Assembly: GCA_963752155.1 (NCBI GenBank)
Contig: CAVVXH010000005.1
Location: forward strand, 1 to 64,000
Reading direction: 5' to 3'
Length of the DNA: 64,000 nucleotides
From: an uncultured Parachlamydiaceae bacterium
GTDB taxonomy: Bacteria > Chlamydiota > Chlamydiia > Chlamydiales > Parachlamydiaceae
In this document: positions 20,645 to 32,190 of the stretch, piece by piece
Numbering within the stretch: the first letter of the stretch is position 1
How the letters are laid out: the number at the start of each line of letters is the position of its first letter
Program-made: the position numbers and the translations under genes
The notes under the pieces: generated by a model
What the model was told of the DNA's origin: nothing
The model's database searches: none
Seen by the model: the letters and a program-made list of their open reading frames with translations, nothing else

Positions 20645-21019
20645 AACGCAAAGCGAGACAGTTGCCAGCGGCGCCCCCTATCGGGAAATAACAGATTTTT
20701 AAAGCGCCTTGCCATTGGTGCCTGACCTGATATTCTGACATTTGCCTACAATGATAACGTAACCTCCCAGGAGGGCAAATGTCAGAATGTCAGGTCTGGA
20801 ACCAAGGCTAAACGTTACCTCTCAGAATTTAGTATCTTGTTATTAATTGAAAAAGACGCTTTTTTCAGTTGCGTAAATCTTGGGGGTAACGTTTCAGCCT
20901 TGGTTCCAGACCTGACATTCTGACATTTGCCCTCCTGGGAGGTTACCTTATCATTGTAGGCAAATGTCAGAATATCAGGTCAGGCACCAATGGCAAGGCG
21001 CGAACTTGTTATTTAGGAG
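20645..21019. mobile_element. MITE-like family A copy, opposite orientation to 10484-10902
   Basis: Near-identical reverse complement, ending TTGTTATTTAGGAG. Confidence 0.85.
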
Positions 21020-21307
21020 AAGCAAGTGAAGGCGCAAAGGCGCAAAGAAAACTATACAACGATACAACGATAAGAATTTGTGGAATAAGTACGTCACAGA
21101 CTTCTTCTAGACTATTTCTAAACATTATTTCAAAAGGTCGTTCTACTTTGACCTCTAGGTACAAGTTTCCACCAGTATATCAGTTTTAACTTTTTCTTTG
21201 TTAGCGCAAAGTAGTTAAAATTGCAGCAATTCTCGCCTTCGGCGGGAACTGCTGCAGCCAAATCTCCTTATCGATAAAACAGGGAAATGAGTCATATTAA
21301 GATAGAC

Positions 21308-21856
21308 TCATTGTGGAATATACGGAATTGCCCGCCTAACCATTTCGGCTTCATTTACATCTATTCGATTAGGGTATCGAATTGCCTGCTCTTCCATTAA
21401 GGAAATCAAAACATGGGGCTCATGCCATTCTATGACGCTACTACCTTCTGTATCTGCAAGATTTCTGCTTTCTGGGTGCCATTCGAGCAGCTGGCAAACA
21501 ACATAAAGAGTTGTTTTTTCGAAAGCGAGTGGGGAATCGTGTAAAAATCCTGTTAATCCACCTAAGAATGCTATGGGTTTTCCTGTAGCTTCAAATTCTT
21601 CTTTTAAGCCTCGATGCATAGTCATTAAAGGAGTTTCATCATTTTCCATGCTCTCTCGCATTAAAAAGAAAACATCCTTATAACCGTAAATTTCCTTAAA
21701 GTGATGACAAGCAATGTGACCTTCTCGATCAAATAAAACAGCCCCTATAGATAAATGATAGGGCTGCGATTGCTTTTTTTGGAAAAATGGTTTAGATTCT
21801 TCAGCTGAAAGAAACAAAGACGATAAGGCCAAAACAGCAATTAAAATTACTTTCAT
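21308..21856 (-). CDS. Nudix hydrolase-like protein with signal peptide
   Basis: MKVILIAVLALSSLFLSAEE; degenerate Nudix box ENDETPLMTMHRGLKEEF. Confidence 0.7.
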   Translation of the reverse strand: MKVILIAVLALSSLFLSAEESKPFFQKKQSQPYHLSIGAVLFDREGHIACHHFKEIYGYKDVFFLMRESMENDETPLMTMHRGLKEEFEATGKPIAFLGGLTGFLHDSPLAFEKTTLYVVCQLLEWHPESRNLADTEGSSVIEWHEPHVLISLMEEQAIRYPNRIDVNEAEMVRRAIPYIPQ

Positions 21857-22471
21857 AAGATCCTCAGTTGTTAGTTGTTACAAAAAAACTATAGCTATTA
21901 CTATGTTAATCATCAAGATTAATTATCCACAATTTCATGTGCCCTGCAACCTACCCACAAACTCTTTACGCAGTGGTTTAGACTATTTAGAGGCTTCGTG
22001 GCTACACTCAACATCGGAATGATGCTTTTGACTCAATCTTTTTTCAAAGAAGGGCCTACATTAAGATGTTAGCTGCTAAGGTTCACATGAATTTAAGCGA
22101 GTTTATTCTTTCTTACGGTGCTTGCAGCACACATTCGGGCGATAGATAGAAATCGATCCTTGAGTCCAATAAACTCGACTCTTGAGACAAAGAAATCCCG
22201 ATTGATATTGGTGTGATTCCAATACGTGAATCGTTAGCAAAACTGCTTGGCTAGCGTTCTGATGCTCTTCTCTGTAATGATGAGATTTATACAGATTTTT
22301 AGTAGCGGCGTCCAACAATTCAAAATCTTGGGATTTATCGATCAAAAATTGCATTTTAATCAAAACTTCCTTAAACTGAGATTTTCCTGGAGGAATGGAT
22401 TGTACATTTTTTTATTCACTTCCTTGTCTAATGACCATATAGTTTACTGAAAATAAATCATAGGAGCTCTT

Positions 22472-24364
22472 ATGCAATATTCATCTTCTCGACGTGTACC
22501 AGAAGCCCCATTATGGGGTGATTTTTGGTTCCAGATAGATCCACAGCATCAGGAGCTAAAAAAACAGTCTTCAATAATTGGTAAAGCTTGTCTTCGAATG
22601 AAGGTGGTGAAGGGGGGAGATTTTCCCGATTTAAAGATGATAAATGAACTTTTTCACAGGATTCTCGATCTCAGTTGTAGATTGGGAGGCAGATGTTTGA
22701 ATCAAAAGAGATGGGTAATTTCGAGTTCCCAAAATGATAATGACGTTCTGCTTGTGGCAATGTTACCAAAATACAAACTTAAAATCCAATTTTTTCCTAA
22801 TTTCTTTGATAAAACGTTTCCTTATTTCCCTACGGTCAGTTCAAAATCGCGGCTAGATTTAATGACCCATCCAAATATTCAAACCCAAAAAATGATTGGT
22901 ACGAATAGCTGGTCGTCTCTTCAAAGTATGATTGATAAAATTATCGTCCCTAATAGTGATAAGAGTTCGTTGGCGCTCAATTTCCTCACGATAAAAAGTG
23001 AGTGGGATCTGTTTCTGAAAACCCTTTCTAGCTTTGATAACGATGAAGTTCTGCCAATCGCGCAACTCTTATCCAAAATATTTACAGATGAATCTGCCAT
23101 AGCTGATACCGAAAAACTAAATAATGGAAATAGGAGTGCTTATGTTCTTAATATGGTTGCCAAATCCATCGTTCCTGATATAGGTCTTATTTCTTTGGGT
23201 AAAATAGCTAAGCGTTTTGATGAAAATAATGTGGAAAGTTGGCCAATCGGTATGGCATGTTTTTTACATTTCTGTAAGCAAAAAAATTATCCCAATATTA
23301 AACATCTATCTTTCAATGACGAAGCTGAGATACTGTCTGCGTCTGGGAGATTTTTAGCAAATATTAAGGGATTTTCTTCCATAGGACTGTTATTTCATCT
23401 TAAAGCATTATGTTTGAGAAAGAAAAACCAGAGGCCTCTTACGGCTGCAAACTATATTAATATGGCTGCAAACTATACTAACATTGGAATGAGTCTGCGA
23501 GATTTAGGGTACAATGAAAAAGCTTTGGAATATTTTCAGAAAGTCCTGGATCTCAGGAAACAGTTTTCCAAAGAGGGAAATACTGTTGCTATTGCGAGGA
23601 GCTACACTAATATTGGAATGATTCAAAACGATTTAGGAAATTATCGGGAAGGCTTGGAGTCGATAAGAACAGCATTAAAGATCCAAAAGAAAAAGAACTT
23701 TTCTAAATATCCCACTATACAAAACGATAAAGCTACAAGTTATCATAATAAGGGAATAAGTTTTCGAGGTTTGAGCTTAGACGAGAAAACTTCAAAATAT
23801 TTGGAACGAAGCAGAGAATTGCGAGAAAATTCTTTTCGGGAAAACCATCCTTTGGTCGGCATCAGTTATAATGATCTTGGTATGCATCTATGGGAGATGG
23901 GAAAATTTGAGGAGGCAATGGTTAATTTGAAAAGAGCCCTAAAAATACAAGAGAATATTTTGGGAGAAAGTCATCCGTTAGTTGCAACTTGCTATAATAA
24001 TATCGGATTATGCGCAATAGATCTGAAGGATAGTGAAAAAGCTTTAGAGAATTTAAATAAGGCATTAGAAATTCGACAGCAAATCTTAGAAAAAAATCAT
24101 CCATGTTTAGCTTCAAGTTATTTGAACCTGGGAAGGTACTACAAAGAGTTTAAAGGAGAGGAATCCGAAGAGGTCTGCGACAATGATGAAATAGATAATT
24201 CTTATAATAAAGCTCTTGAATTTTTTAAAAAGGCACTTGTCATTTTTGAAACTCTTAACAATACGCATCCCTGCGTTGCAATATGTAATGAGAACATTGG
24301 ATTAACATTGATGCTTTTGAATCGATATGATGAAGCCAAGAGCTACCTTGGAAAGGTTTGGTAA
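22472..24364 (+). CDS. Tetratricopeptide repeat protein (kinesin-light-chain-type ~42-aa TPRs)
   Basis: Repeated HPxVAxxYNNIG / ALExxxKALxI motifs in the C-terminal half. Confidence 0.88.
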   Translation: MQYSSSRRVPEAPLWGDFWFQIDPQHQELKKQSSIIGKACLRMKVVKGGDFPDLKMINELFHRILDLSCRLGGRCLNQKRWVISSSQNDNDVLLVAMLPKYKLKIQFFPNFFDKTFPYFPTVSSKSRLDLMTHPNIQTQKMIGTNSWSSLQSMIDKIIVPNSDKSSLALNFLTIKSEWDLFLKTLSSFDNDEVLPIAQLLSKIFTDESAIADTEKLNNGNRSAYVLNMVAKSIVPDIGLISLGKIAKRFDENNVESWPIGMACFLHFCKQKNYPNIKHLSFNDEAEILSASGRFLANIKGFSSIGLLFHLKALCLRKKNQRPLTAANYINMAANYTNIGMSLRDLGYNEKALEYFQKVLDLRKQFSKEGNTVAIARSYTNIGMIQNDLGNYREGLESIRTALKIQKKKNFSKYPTIQNDKATSYHNKGISFRGLSLDEKTSKYLERSRELRENSFRENHPLVGISYNDLGMHLWEMGKFEEAMVNLKRALKIQENILGESHPLVATCYNNIGLCAIDLKDSEKALENLNKALEIRQQILEKNHPCLASSYLNLGRYYKEFKGEESEEVCDNDEIDNSYNKALEFFKKALVIFETLNNTHPCVAICNENIGLTLMLLNRYDEAKSYLGKVW

Positions 24365-24538
24365 TGATTCTAGTGATAGGTCTGGTTAAAAGGGTCATTG
24401 AAGTTTAAATGTCTCTGTTGTTTACATAAACAAGCTTTAGAAGAATCCTATTAGAAAAACAGGATTCTTGTGATGAAAGCCTATCTCCACGCAGGGTTCA
24501 TCCACATGTAGTTTTAATCTGAAACATGCTAATTAAAA

Positions 24539-26105
24539 ATGAGGAGAAATATTTATATGAATAGTTGGTCTTCAATTGCCACCCCTAAGCAACAACCTTT
24601 TGTTAAATTTGTTGACAACGCACTAGCTAAGCAAATTTTGGGAATAGAAGATTGGCAAAGAATTATTAAGTCAAGCGATGAAGAGAAAAAGAAAATCACC
24701 ATTGAAAAAAGCTGGGCTTTATTTAATAAGTGTGCAGCTCAACTGGAGGATGAGCAATTGTGGAAACAACATCACTTCTCCAATTTATCTATGCGACCTG
24801 AATTCTCCGAGTATTTTCTTCCCTTTTCTCTTAATCATAAGGTTGATCGTAAAATATGCTTCGAAAGTATCTGCAAAGTCAATGATTTTTTCTTAAAAAT
24901 CGATAACAAGATTAATATATTTTCACCATTGGAAGAAGTTACGTTTAAGTCGTCGATACAGTTTATGTTAAGCGAATTTCCAATAAGACCAACAGATAAA
25001 GAAATATTAGGCGATCTAGTAAAATTGTCTGGAAATCATCGGGATTGCAGTGAATATGTAATAGAGTATTTAACAAATTGCAAAATAGACGTCAAAAATA
25101 AAACTGTACAGTCGATCAAAGATCGTCTTGAAATGGGTTTAAGTTTAGCTGATATAATTCATGAAGAGAAAATAGTATATGAACGGATGCAAAATCAACA
25201 TGAAAGACAAGAGAACCGTGAGAAGGAACAACAAAATCTCGCGAGCATACCCAGTGTGGCCCAAATAGCACAGAAACATGTAAGACCACCTGAACAAAAA
25301 ATAAATTTGTTTGTGGAAAAGAATAGCATTTTCGAATCTGCCTACAAAAGATTTATAGATAAATTTATGGAACTAGATAGGAGGGGGGGGGGGTGCAATT
25401 GCGTTTCATGGAGGATATCATGGAAAAAAGAAAGAGGCTGGTCATGCCATTCTATTCGAAATTGAAAAGCAAGTAGACAGTACATACCGTCTTCGGGTAG
25501 TAAATACTGGAGAAGGTGTTACTACAACTGTAACTGAAGATTTGCAAAATGCATTGGGGTTTCTTTGGAATAAAACTTCAAGTTGGACCAATTCCAATCA
25601 AGAGGCTATCAAACCACAAGCCAAAATTGTTCGCTCTTTTATAATACCATCAAATCTAATTTTAGAAAAAGAGTTGATTAGTTTATTCTTCAATTTTGAA
25701 AATGAGAAAATAGATAAAGTGTATTCGCAGTTGGAAAAATCGTTTAAAGAGGAGGATCCATATTCAGATGATGCACAAGATTTTGGCACTTGTTCTATGT
25801 CTTCGATATGGGGATGGCTAAAATATTGTTTTAGAAATAATCCTCAAGTTCAAGTAAAAGAATTACGAATTGGTTTTTTACGAAAAAATATTAAAGATTT
25901 GATATACATAAATTATAAATACATCCGCAATAAATTTAAGTACCCTGAGCTCTTCAACCAGTATCAACTCAAGAGCAAGCCTGCAGAATTAAACCAACCA
26001 AACTTAGAGAAGGTGATTGCCTTTGGTTCGGAACTTTATGAACGAGCATCAGAAAAGAAACTAGAAGATTTAGGCTTTGAAGAACAACTTTACCTCGTTA
26101 CGTGA
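24539..26105 (+). CDS. Putative cysteine protease-like effector, split by a frameshift at a G11 tract (25383-25393)
   Basis: The frame after the G-tract is open (AIAFHGGYHGKKKEAGHAILFE...VVNTGEG) and joins ORF 25542-26105 (AQDFGTCSMSS). Confidence 0.65.
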
Positions 26106-27340
26106 GTATTTGCAAAATAAAGCAAAGTCGTTAACGTTTTGGCATCCTTAATTTCTCCAGTTTGAATCATCGTCATGATTTTGCTCTGCGATAAAACAAC
26201 GGGAAGAATCTCTTCTCCAGCATCCAAGTTCTGCCCAACAAAATTCAGCCCCCGTGCAACATAAACATGCATCACCTCATTGCTTATCCCCGGTGTCGAA
26301 TAAAACGTTGTCAACAGTTCCATCGTTTTAGCTTGATAACCAGTCTCTTCGATCAATTCCCTGTAGGCAGTAGCTTCCGGAGCCTCCTGCAGCTCTAAAG
26401 TTCCAGCTGGAAGCTCCCAAAGGGTTTGTCCAACTGCAATGCGTTGATTGCGTATCATCACAATCGATCCATCATCCATCAAAGGCAAAATGACGACAGC
26501 TCCAGGGTGAGCAATCGCTTCGTAATAAGCAGTTTTGTCATTTCTTGTTTTATACTCGCAACGTCTCACGTCAAATCGTACTCCATGGTAGACCACAGAA
26601 GATTTCTTAAAAAATGTCTCCAATCCTTCTTTTGTGGATTTAGAGAGTCTTGCTTGCTTGTGCACATCAACAGCCATGCGTAGCTGTTCCTCAAAGTTGC
26701 CGGGCTCCAACTTACCTAACAATCCTTTTGTTGCCCCTATCACTTCAAAATTAAACTTGATAACCTTCTCCACCCACCCAATAGCAGTTTGTACCAATTC
26801 CTCTGATGGAACTATTTTGTTAATCAAACCTATTTCAAGAGCTCGTTTCGCATCTATAAGCTCGCCAAACAACAAAAGTTCTCGCACAATTCGCCATGAG
26901 ACCTGGCGTACTAACAAAGTAGATACTTGGGCTGGCACTAAATCGCGTTGGATCTCCGGATAACCAATCTTAGTATTCTCTGAAGCAATGACAAAATCAC
27001 AGGCAGACATTATGCCAGCTCCTCCGGCTACAGCAGTCCCATTCACAGCTGCAACCGTAATAAGCGATGAAGTATGAATGGCAGTCAACGTCTTTGCAAT
27101 AAGATGCGTTAGAGGATCTAGATTTTTAAGGTCTGCGGCTTCTTCGAGATCCATCCCTGCACAAAAAACCGGACCGTTTCCGGTAATCAATATCGCACGT
27201 TGTCCAGGTGTATTCTCCGTTTCTTGTATTGCCGTACATATTTGCTCCAAAAGAACCATACTTAAAGCATTACGCTTTTCCGCTCTATTGAGAGTTATCT
27301 TAGTAAATTCTTCGGTTCTTTCGACTGAAATGAGATTCAT
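26090..27340 (-). CDS. Enoyl-CoA hydratase/isomerase fused to a Nudix (ADP-ribose pyrophosphatase-like) hydrolase
   Basis: LNRAEKRNALS, FCAGMDL and NGTAVAGGAG, then HPGAVVIL, WELPAGTLE...AYRELIEETG, YSTPGISNE, IKDAKT. Confidence 0.88.
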   Translation of the reverse strand: MNLISVERTEEFTKITLNRAEKRNALSMVLLEQICTAIQETENTPGQRAILITGNGPVFCAGMDLEEAADLKNLDPLTHLIAKTLTAIHTSSLITVAAVNGTAVAGGAGIMSACDFVIASENTKIGYPEIQRDLVPAQVSTLLVRQVSWRIVRELLLFGELIDAKRALEIGLINKIVPSEELVQTAIGWVEKVIKFNFEVIGATKGLLGKLEPGNFEEQLRMAVDVHKQARLSKSTKEGLETFFKKSSVVYHGVRFDVRRCEYKTRNDKTAYYEAIAHPGAVVILPLMDDGSIVMIRNQRIAVGQTLWELPAGTLELQEAPEATAYRELIEETGYQAKTMELLTTFYSTPGISNEVMHVYVARGLNFVGQNLDAGEEILPVVLSQSKIMTMIQTGEIKDAKTLTTLLYFANTHVTR

Positions 27341-27347
27341 ATTCTGT

Positions 27348-28748
27348 TTACACCATTTGAATGCGCGGATTCACAAGAGACCTTTCAATTAAACACGGCC
27401 AGTATCCAAAAACTTTTTTTAGATGAGGGCGTCCTGTCGTATAACCTGAAATACCTTGTGGGCCGCTTGTTATTAATGGAGCAATCTCTCGAGAAAAACA
27501 CTCGAGAGCTTCACGACGCGAATCAGCCACAGCAATTCTCAAAACACATTCTAAAGAATGCTTCCCAAATCCGGGAACTACTCCACCAACAACGTCGCCG
27601 GCCCCCAAACACTCGATGTGACTCTTTTCTAAATTGAATCCTGCATCGGCGACTCGATGCAAAATGATTTCTCCACACAACTTTGCTTTCAAAGCTGCAT
27701 CTACTCCAAAAATAGCAAGCATCGCTTCCGCCTTATAGCCATCAGCATAAGTTGCACTGACCTTATACGTAGATGGAGGAGGTCTTCCTTGGGCTCCGGA
27801 AACCTGAATGCGATTCACATCGATATGTTGAAGTTGAAGGCCTAGGAAGGAAACTGTTGCATCAGGACTTAAATAAGATGCTGGATCCCCAATCTCATAG
27901 AGAAGTTGTTCCTTTACAGTTTGTTCATCCACTCTCCCTCCACTTAATTCAGGCTTCGTGATAATGAATGTACCGTCAGAAGCAACTTCCACAAAGGGAT
28001 ATCCACACTTTGCAGCCTCTGAAACTGAAGTAAAGTGAGTAAGCCAATTTGTCGTGGCTCCTCCCGTCACTTGAGATCCGCATTCTATCAAATGACCTGC
28101 CACAGTCGCTTGAGCAATTTTATCGTAATCATCTAATGCCCATCCATGATGGACAACGCACGGCGCAACGGTTAAACTAGGATCTGCCACGCGTCCTGTC
28201 ACAACTATGTCAGCGCCAGCTTTTAACAACTCAATTAATGGAGCAGCCCCTAGATAGGCATTAGCTGTCATCAAACGGCTTCTTATCGTTTCTAAGGGTT
28301 CGTGGGTATCAAGATTTTTATAAACTCTATTTGCATCTTCATCCTTTTGCAAGTGATGAAAAACATCATCTCCATCGACTACACCTATTTTCAGATGATT
28401 GCACCCTTTAGCATTAAGCAACTTTCTACATTCATTAGCACAAGCTAGAGGATTAAGTCCTCCAGCATTCGTTATAATTTTAAATCTATAACCCTCAAGC
28501 CAAAAAGGAATTAGAGAACGAAGTGTTTCGATAAAATCCTTGGCATACCCTTCATTAGGATTCATTTCTTTTTGAATCGCCATAATGGAAAGACTGACTT
28601 CTGCCAAATAATCTAGAGTCAAATAATCGAGGTCTGGTTGTTGTTGCAGCAAAGAGGCTGAAGCTGTCAAGCGATCGCCCCAAAATGCTTGTGAATTGCC
28701 AATACGCACAATTGACCTTACTGACTCTTTGACCCGGTCCCTAAGCAC
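27348..28748 (-). CDS. Acyclic terpene utilization AtuA family protein (DUF1446); start may be GTG 28709
   Basis: [56 protein letters not shown]. Confidence 0.9.
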   Translation of the reverse strand: MLRDRVKESVRSIVRIGNSQAFWGDRLTASASLLQQQPDLDYLTLDYLAEVSLSIMAIQKEMNPNEGYAKDFIETLRSLIPFWLEGYRFKIITNAGGLNPLACANECRKLLNAKGCNHLKIGVVDGDDVFHHLQKDEDANRVYKNLDTHEPLETIRSRLMTANAYLGAAPLIELLKAGADIVVTGRVADPSLTVAPCVVHHGWALDDYDKIAQATVAGHLIECGSQVTGGATTNWLTHFTSVSEAAKCGYPFVEVASDGTFIITKPELSGGRVDEQTVKEQLLYEIGDPASYLSPDATVSFLGLQLQHIDVNRIQVSGAQGRPPPSTYKVSATYADGYKAEAMLAIFGVDAALKAKLCGEIILHRVADAGFNLEKSHIECLGAGDVVGGVVPGFGKHSLECVLRIAVADSRREALECFSREIAPLITSGPQGISGYTTGRPHLKKVFGYWPCLIERSLVNPRIQMV

Positions 28749-30783
28749 GTTTTTGCCTTTTAGCTAGCTCTACTTCAATTTTTTTCACTTCTGCTGCAGT
28801 GACATAGTAATAAATGTCATCGTCTGTAAGTCGGAAGATGGCAACAATGACAATTCCTAAAAAACTGATCAAAGCAAGCCAAATAATATGCCAAACGATC
28901 GCAAAGCCACAAAGCATACTCAATATTCCAATATACATTCCCATGGGTGTGTTTTTAGGCATGTGAATATCTTCATACTCCGTATTTGCAGGGTCCTTGG
29001 GGGGATTGCCATACTTGCTCTCTCCGCTTCCATTATAGGCATAACTCCGCTCGAGTTTTTGCAATTGACGTTGCTTCATTTCCCAAAAGGGATCAATTTC
29101 GTCGACCACAGGGATGAAAGCAAAGTTATAGAAAGGAGGAGGAGTTGGAACCGACCATTCCAAGGTCCTAGCATTCCAAGGATCACCTGTAACGCTATTT
29201 TTTTTGCGATTTTTAACTCCACTCAGGACTTGAAACAGCATGAGTAGCGCACCAGTAATGATGATCAACACCCCTAATCCCGCAAGAATAAACAAAGGTT
29301 GCCATCCTGTAGAGGCTTCATAATGGTCTAATCGCCTTGTGACTCCCATGAGCCCCAGTGCATACAAAGGCATAAAAGCCACAAAAAATCCAACAATCCA
29401 GCACCAAAAGGAAGCCACACCGAGTTTAAAGTTAAGTCCAAATCCAATAAATTTATTGAACCAATAAGCGAGCCCAGCAAATAAACCGAATAAGACCCCA
29501 CCAATTACCATAGAATGGAAATGAGCAATAAGAAAAAGACTATTGTGGAGTTGAAAGTCTGCTGCAGGCACCGACATTAATACTCCGGTCATGCCACCCG
29601 TTGTGAAAACAGCTATGAAGGCCAAAAACCAAAGCATCGGACCAGAGAAATAGATTCGACCACGGAACATCGTAAAAAGCCAATTAAAGATTTTCACTCC
29701 GGTAGGAATGGCGATCAACATTGTCATAATTCCAAAAAAGGCATTGACGTTTGCCCCCGCTCCCATTGTAAAAAAATGATGCACCCAAACAAGAAAAGAT
29801 AAAAATGAGATAGCGCAAAGGGCACACACCATCGAAACGTATCCAAATAATCGCTTATGTGAAAATGTAGCTACAACTTCGGAAAACACACCAAAGGCCG
29901 GTAGAATGAGAATGTAGACCTCTGGATGACCCCAAGCCCAAATGAGATTGATATACATCATAGGATTTCCACCAAAATCTGCTGTAAAAAAATGCATTCC
30001 CAAAGTGCGATCGAGGGAAATCAAAGCCAATGTGACTGTCAAAATAGGAAAAGCAAATATGACTAAGAGCATGCTATTTAGAGCACTCCAGACAAATAAG
30101 GGCATCTTCATGTAGGTCATGCCAGGACATCGCATTTTCAAAATAGTCACTAAGAAGTTAATACCTGAAAGCAAGGATCCTATTCCTGATATCTGCACAC
30201 TCCAAATCCAATAGTCAACTCCAACACCTGGATTATATTCTATCCCTGATAACGGCGGATAGGCCAACCATCCGGTATCTGAGAACTTTCCTATGATCAA
30301 CGATATATTGATCAGCATGGCACCGGCAGCATATAACCAAAAACTTAACGAATTCATGAAGGGGAAGGCAACATCTCGTGCGCCTATTTGCAGAGGCACA
30401 ATGAGATTCAATAGCCCAAAAAGAGCTCCCATCCCCACAAAAAAAATCATCGTTGTTCCATGAGCTGAAAAGAGCTCTTGGAAATGAGAAGGCTCTATGA
30501 AGCCGTGTGAATCGCCGACAGATAGAAGTTGCTGAGCCCTCATCATAGAGGCTTCCACTAGTCCTTTAGCTAACATCAAGGTAGCTACAGTGATGTACAT
30601 CATCCCAATTTTCTTATGATCTACCGAAGTTAGCCAATCCCGCCAAAGAGTCTTCCATCCACGAAAATAGAAAAGAAGAATCAATATGATGATTCCTGAG
30701 ATGATCATCCCTATACCAGCACTCATTTCGATAGGACCATGCTTTAAGGCATCCATGGACAATCTACCAAAAACGTCATTCAT
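28741..30783 (-). CDS. cyoB: Cytochrome bo3 ubiquinol oxidase subunit I
   Basis: [53 protein letters not shown]. Confidence 0.93.
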   Translation of the reverse strand: MNDVFGRLSMDALKHGPIEMSAGIGMIISGIIILILLFYFRGWKTLWRDWLTSVDHKKIGMMYITVATLMLAKGLVEASMMRAQQLLSVGDSHGFIEPSHFQELFSAHGTTMIFFVGMGALFGLLNLIVPLQIGARDVAFPFMNSLSFWLYAAGAMLINISLIIGKFSDTGWLAYPPLSGIEYNPGVGVDYWIWSVQISGIGSLLSGINFLVTILKMRCPGMTYMKMPLFVWSALNSMLLVIFAFPILTVTLALISLDRTLGMHFFTADFGGNPMMYINLIWAWGHPEVYILILPAFGVFSEVVATFSHKRLFGYVSMVCALCAISFLSFLVWVHHFFTMGAGANVNAFFGIMTMLIAIPTGVKIFNWLFTMFRGRIYFSGPMLWFLAFIAVFTTGGMTGVLMSVPAADFQLHNSLFLIAHFHSMVIGGVLFGLFAGLAYWFNKFIGFGLNFKLGVASFWCWIVGFFVAFMPLYALGLMGVTRRLDHYEASTGWQPLFILAGLGVLIIITGALLMLFQVLSGVKNRKKNSVTGDPWNARTLEWSVPTPPPFYNFAFIPVVDEIDPFWEMKQRQLQKLERSYAYNGSGESKYGNPPKDPANTEYEDIHMPKNTPMGMYIGILSMLCGFAIVWHIIWLALISFLGIVIVAIFRLTDDDIYYYVTAAEVKKIEVELAKRQKRA

Positions 30784-30803
30784 TCTCACACCTACTGAAT
30801 GCA

Positions 30804-30841
30804 AAATAAGCCAAGAACATTTCTATGTTCTTGGCTTATTT
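30804..30841 (-). terminator. Perfect 17-bp stem hairpin, probable intrinsic terminator of the collagen-like gene
   Basis: AAATAAGCCAAGAACAT-TTCT-ATGTTCTTGGCTTATTT just past the stop at 30846. Confidence 0.65.
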
Positions 30842-30845
30842 AAAA

Positions 30846-31922
<1,077 letters not shown>

Positions 31923-32007
31923 ACGCCTCCATATAAAGTTTCCTTGATATTAGACATATATATTAATTTTGATTATTGAGATAGAAAAATAATTGTCGTT
32001 ATTCTGG

Positions 32008-32165
32008 CAGCAGTTCCCGCTAAACTTAGGTGAATTTTACTTTATATGTAAGATCTCTGTTATTTCCCGATAGGGGGCGCCGCAGGCAACTGTCTCGCTT
32101 AGCGTTTAATTTTTCTTAGTATTCCGCATCAGTCGATTTTGTTATTTAGGAGCGGGAATTGCTGT
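32008..32165. repeat. Family C palindrome arms enclosing a family A right-end fragment
   Basis: GCAGCAGTTCCCGCT ... TGTTATTTCCCGATAGGGGGCGCC ... TTGTTATTTAGG AGCGGGAATTGCTG. Confidence 0.75.
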
Positions 32166-32190
32166 CATTCTAGTCCTTATTGACTTACTC

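Noticed and set aside
22103..22450. Small ORFs upstream of the TPR gene
   Set aside because: No recognisable family; cannot support a call
28975..29065. Extra ~20 aa in the CyoB C-terminal loop as another palindromic insertion
   Set aside because: No inverted symmetry or target duplication visible
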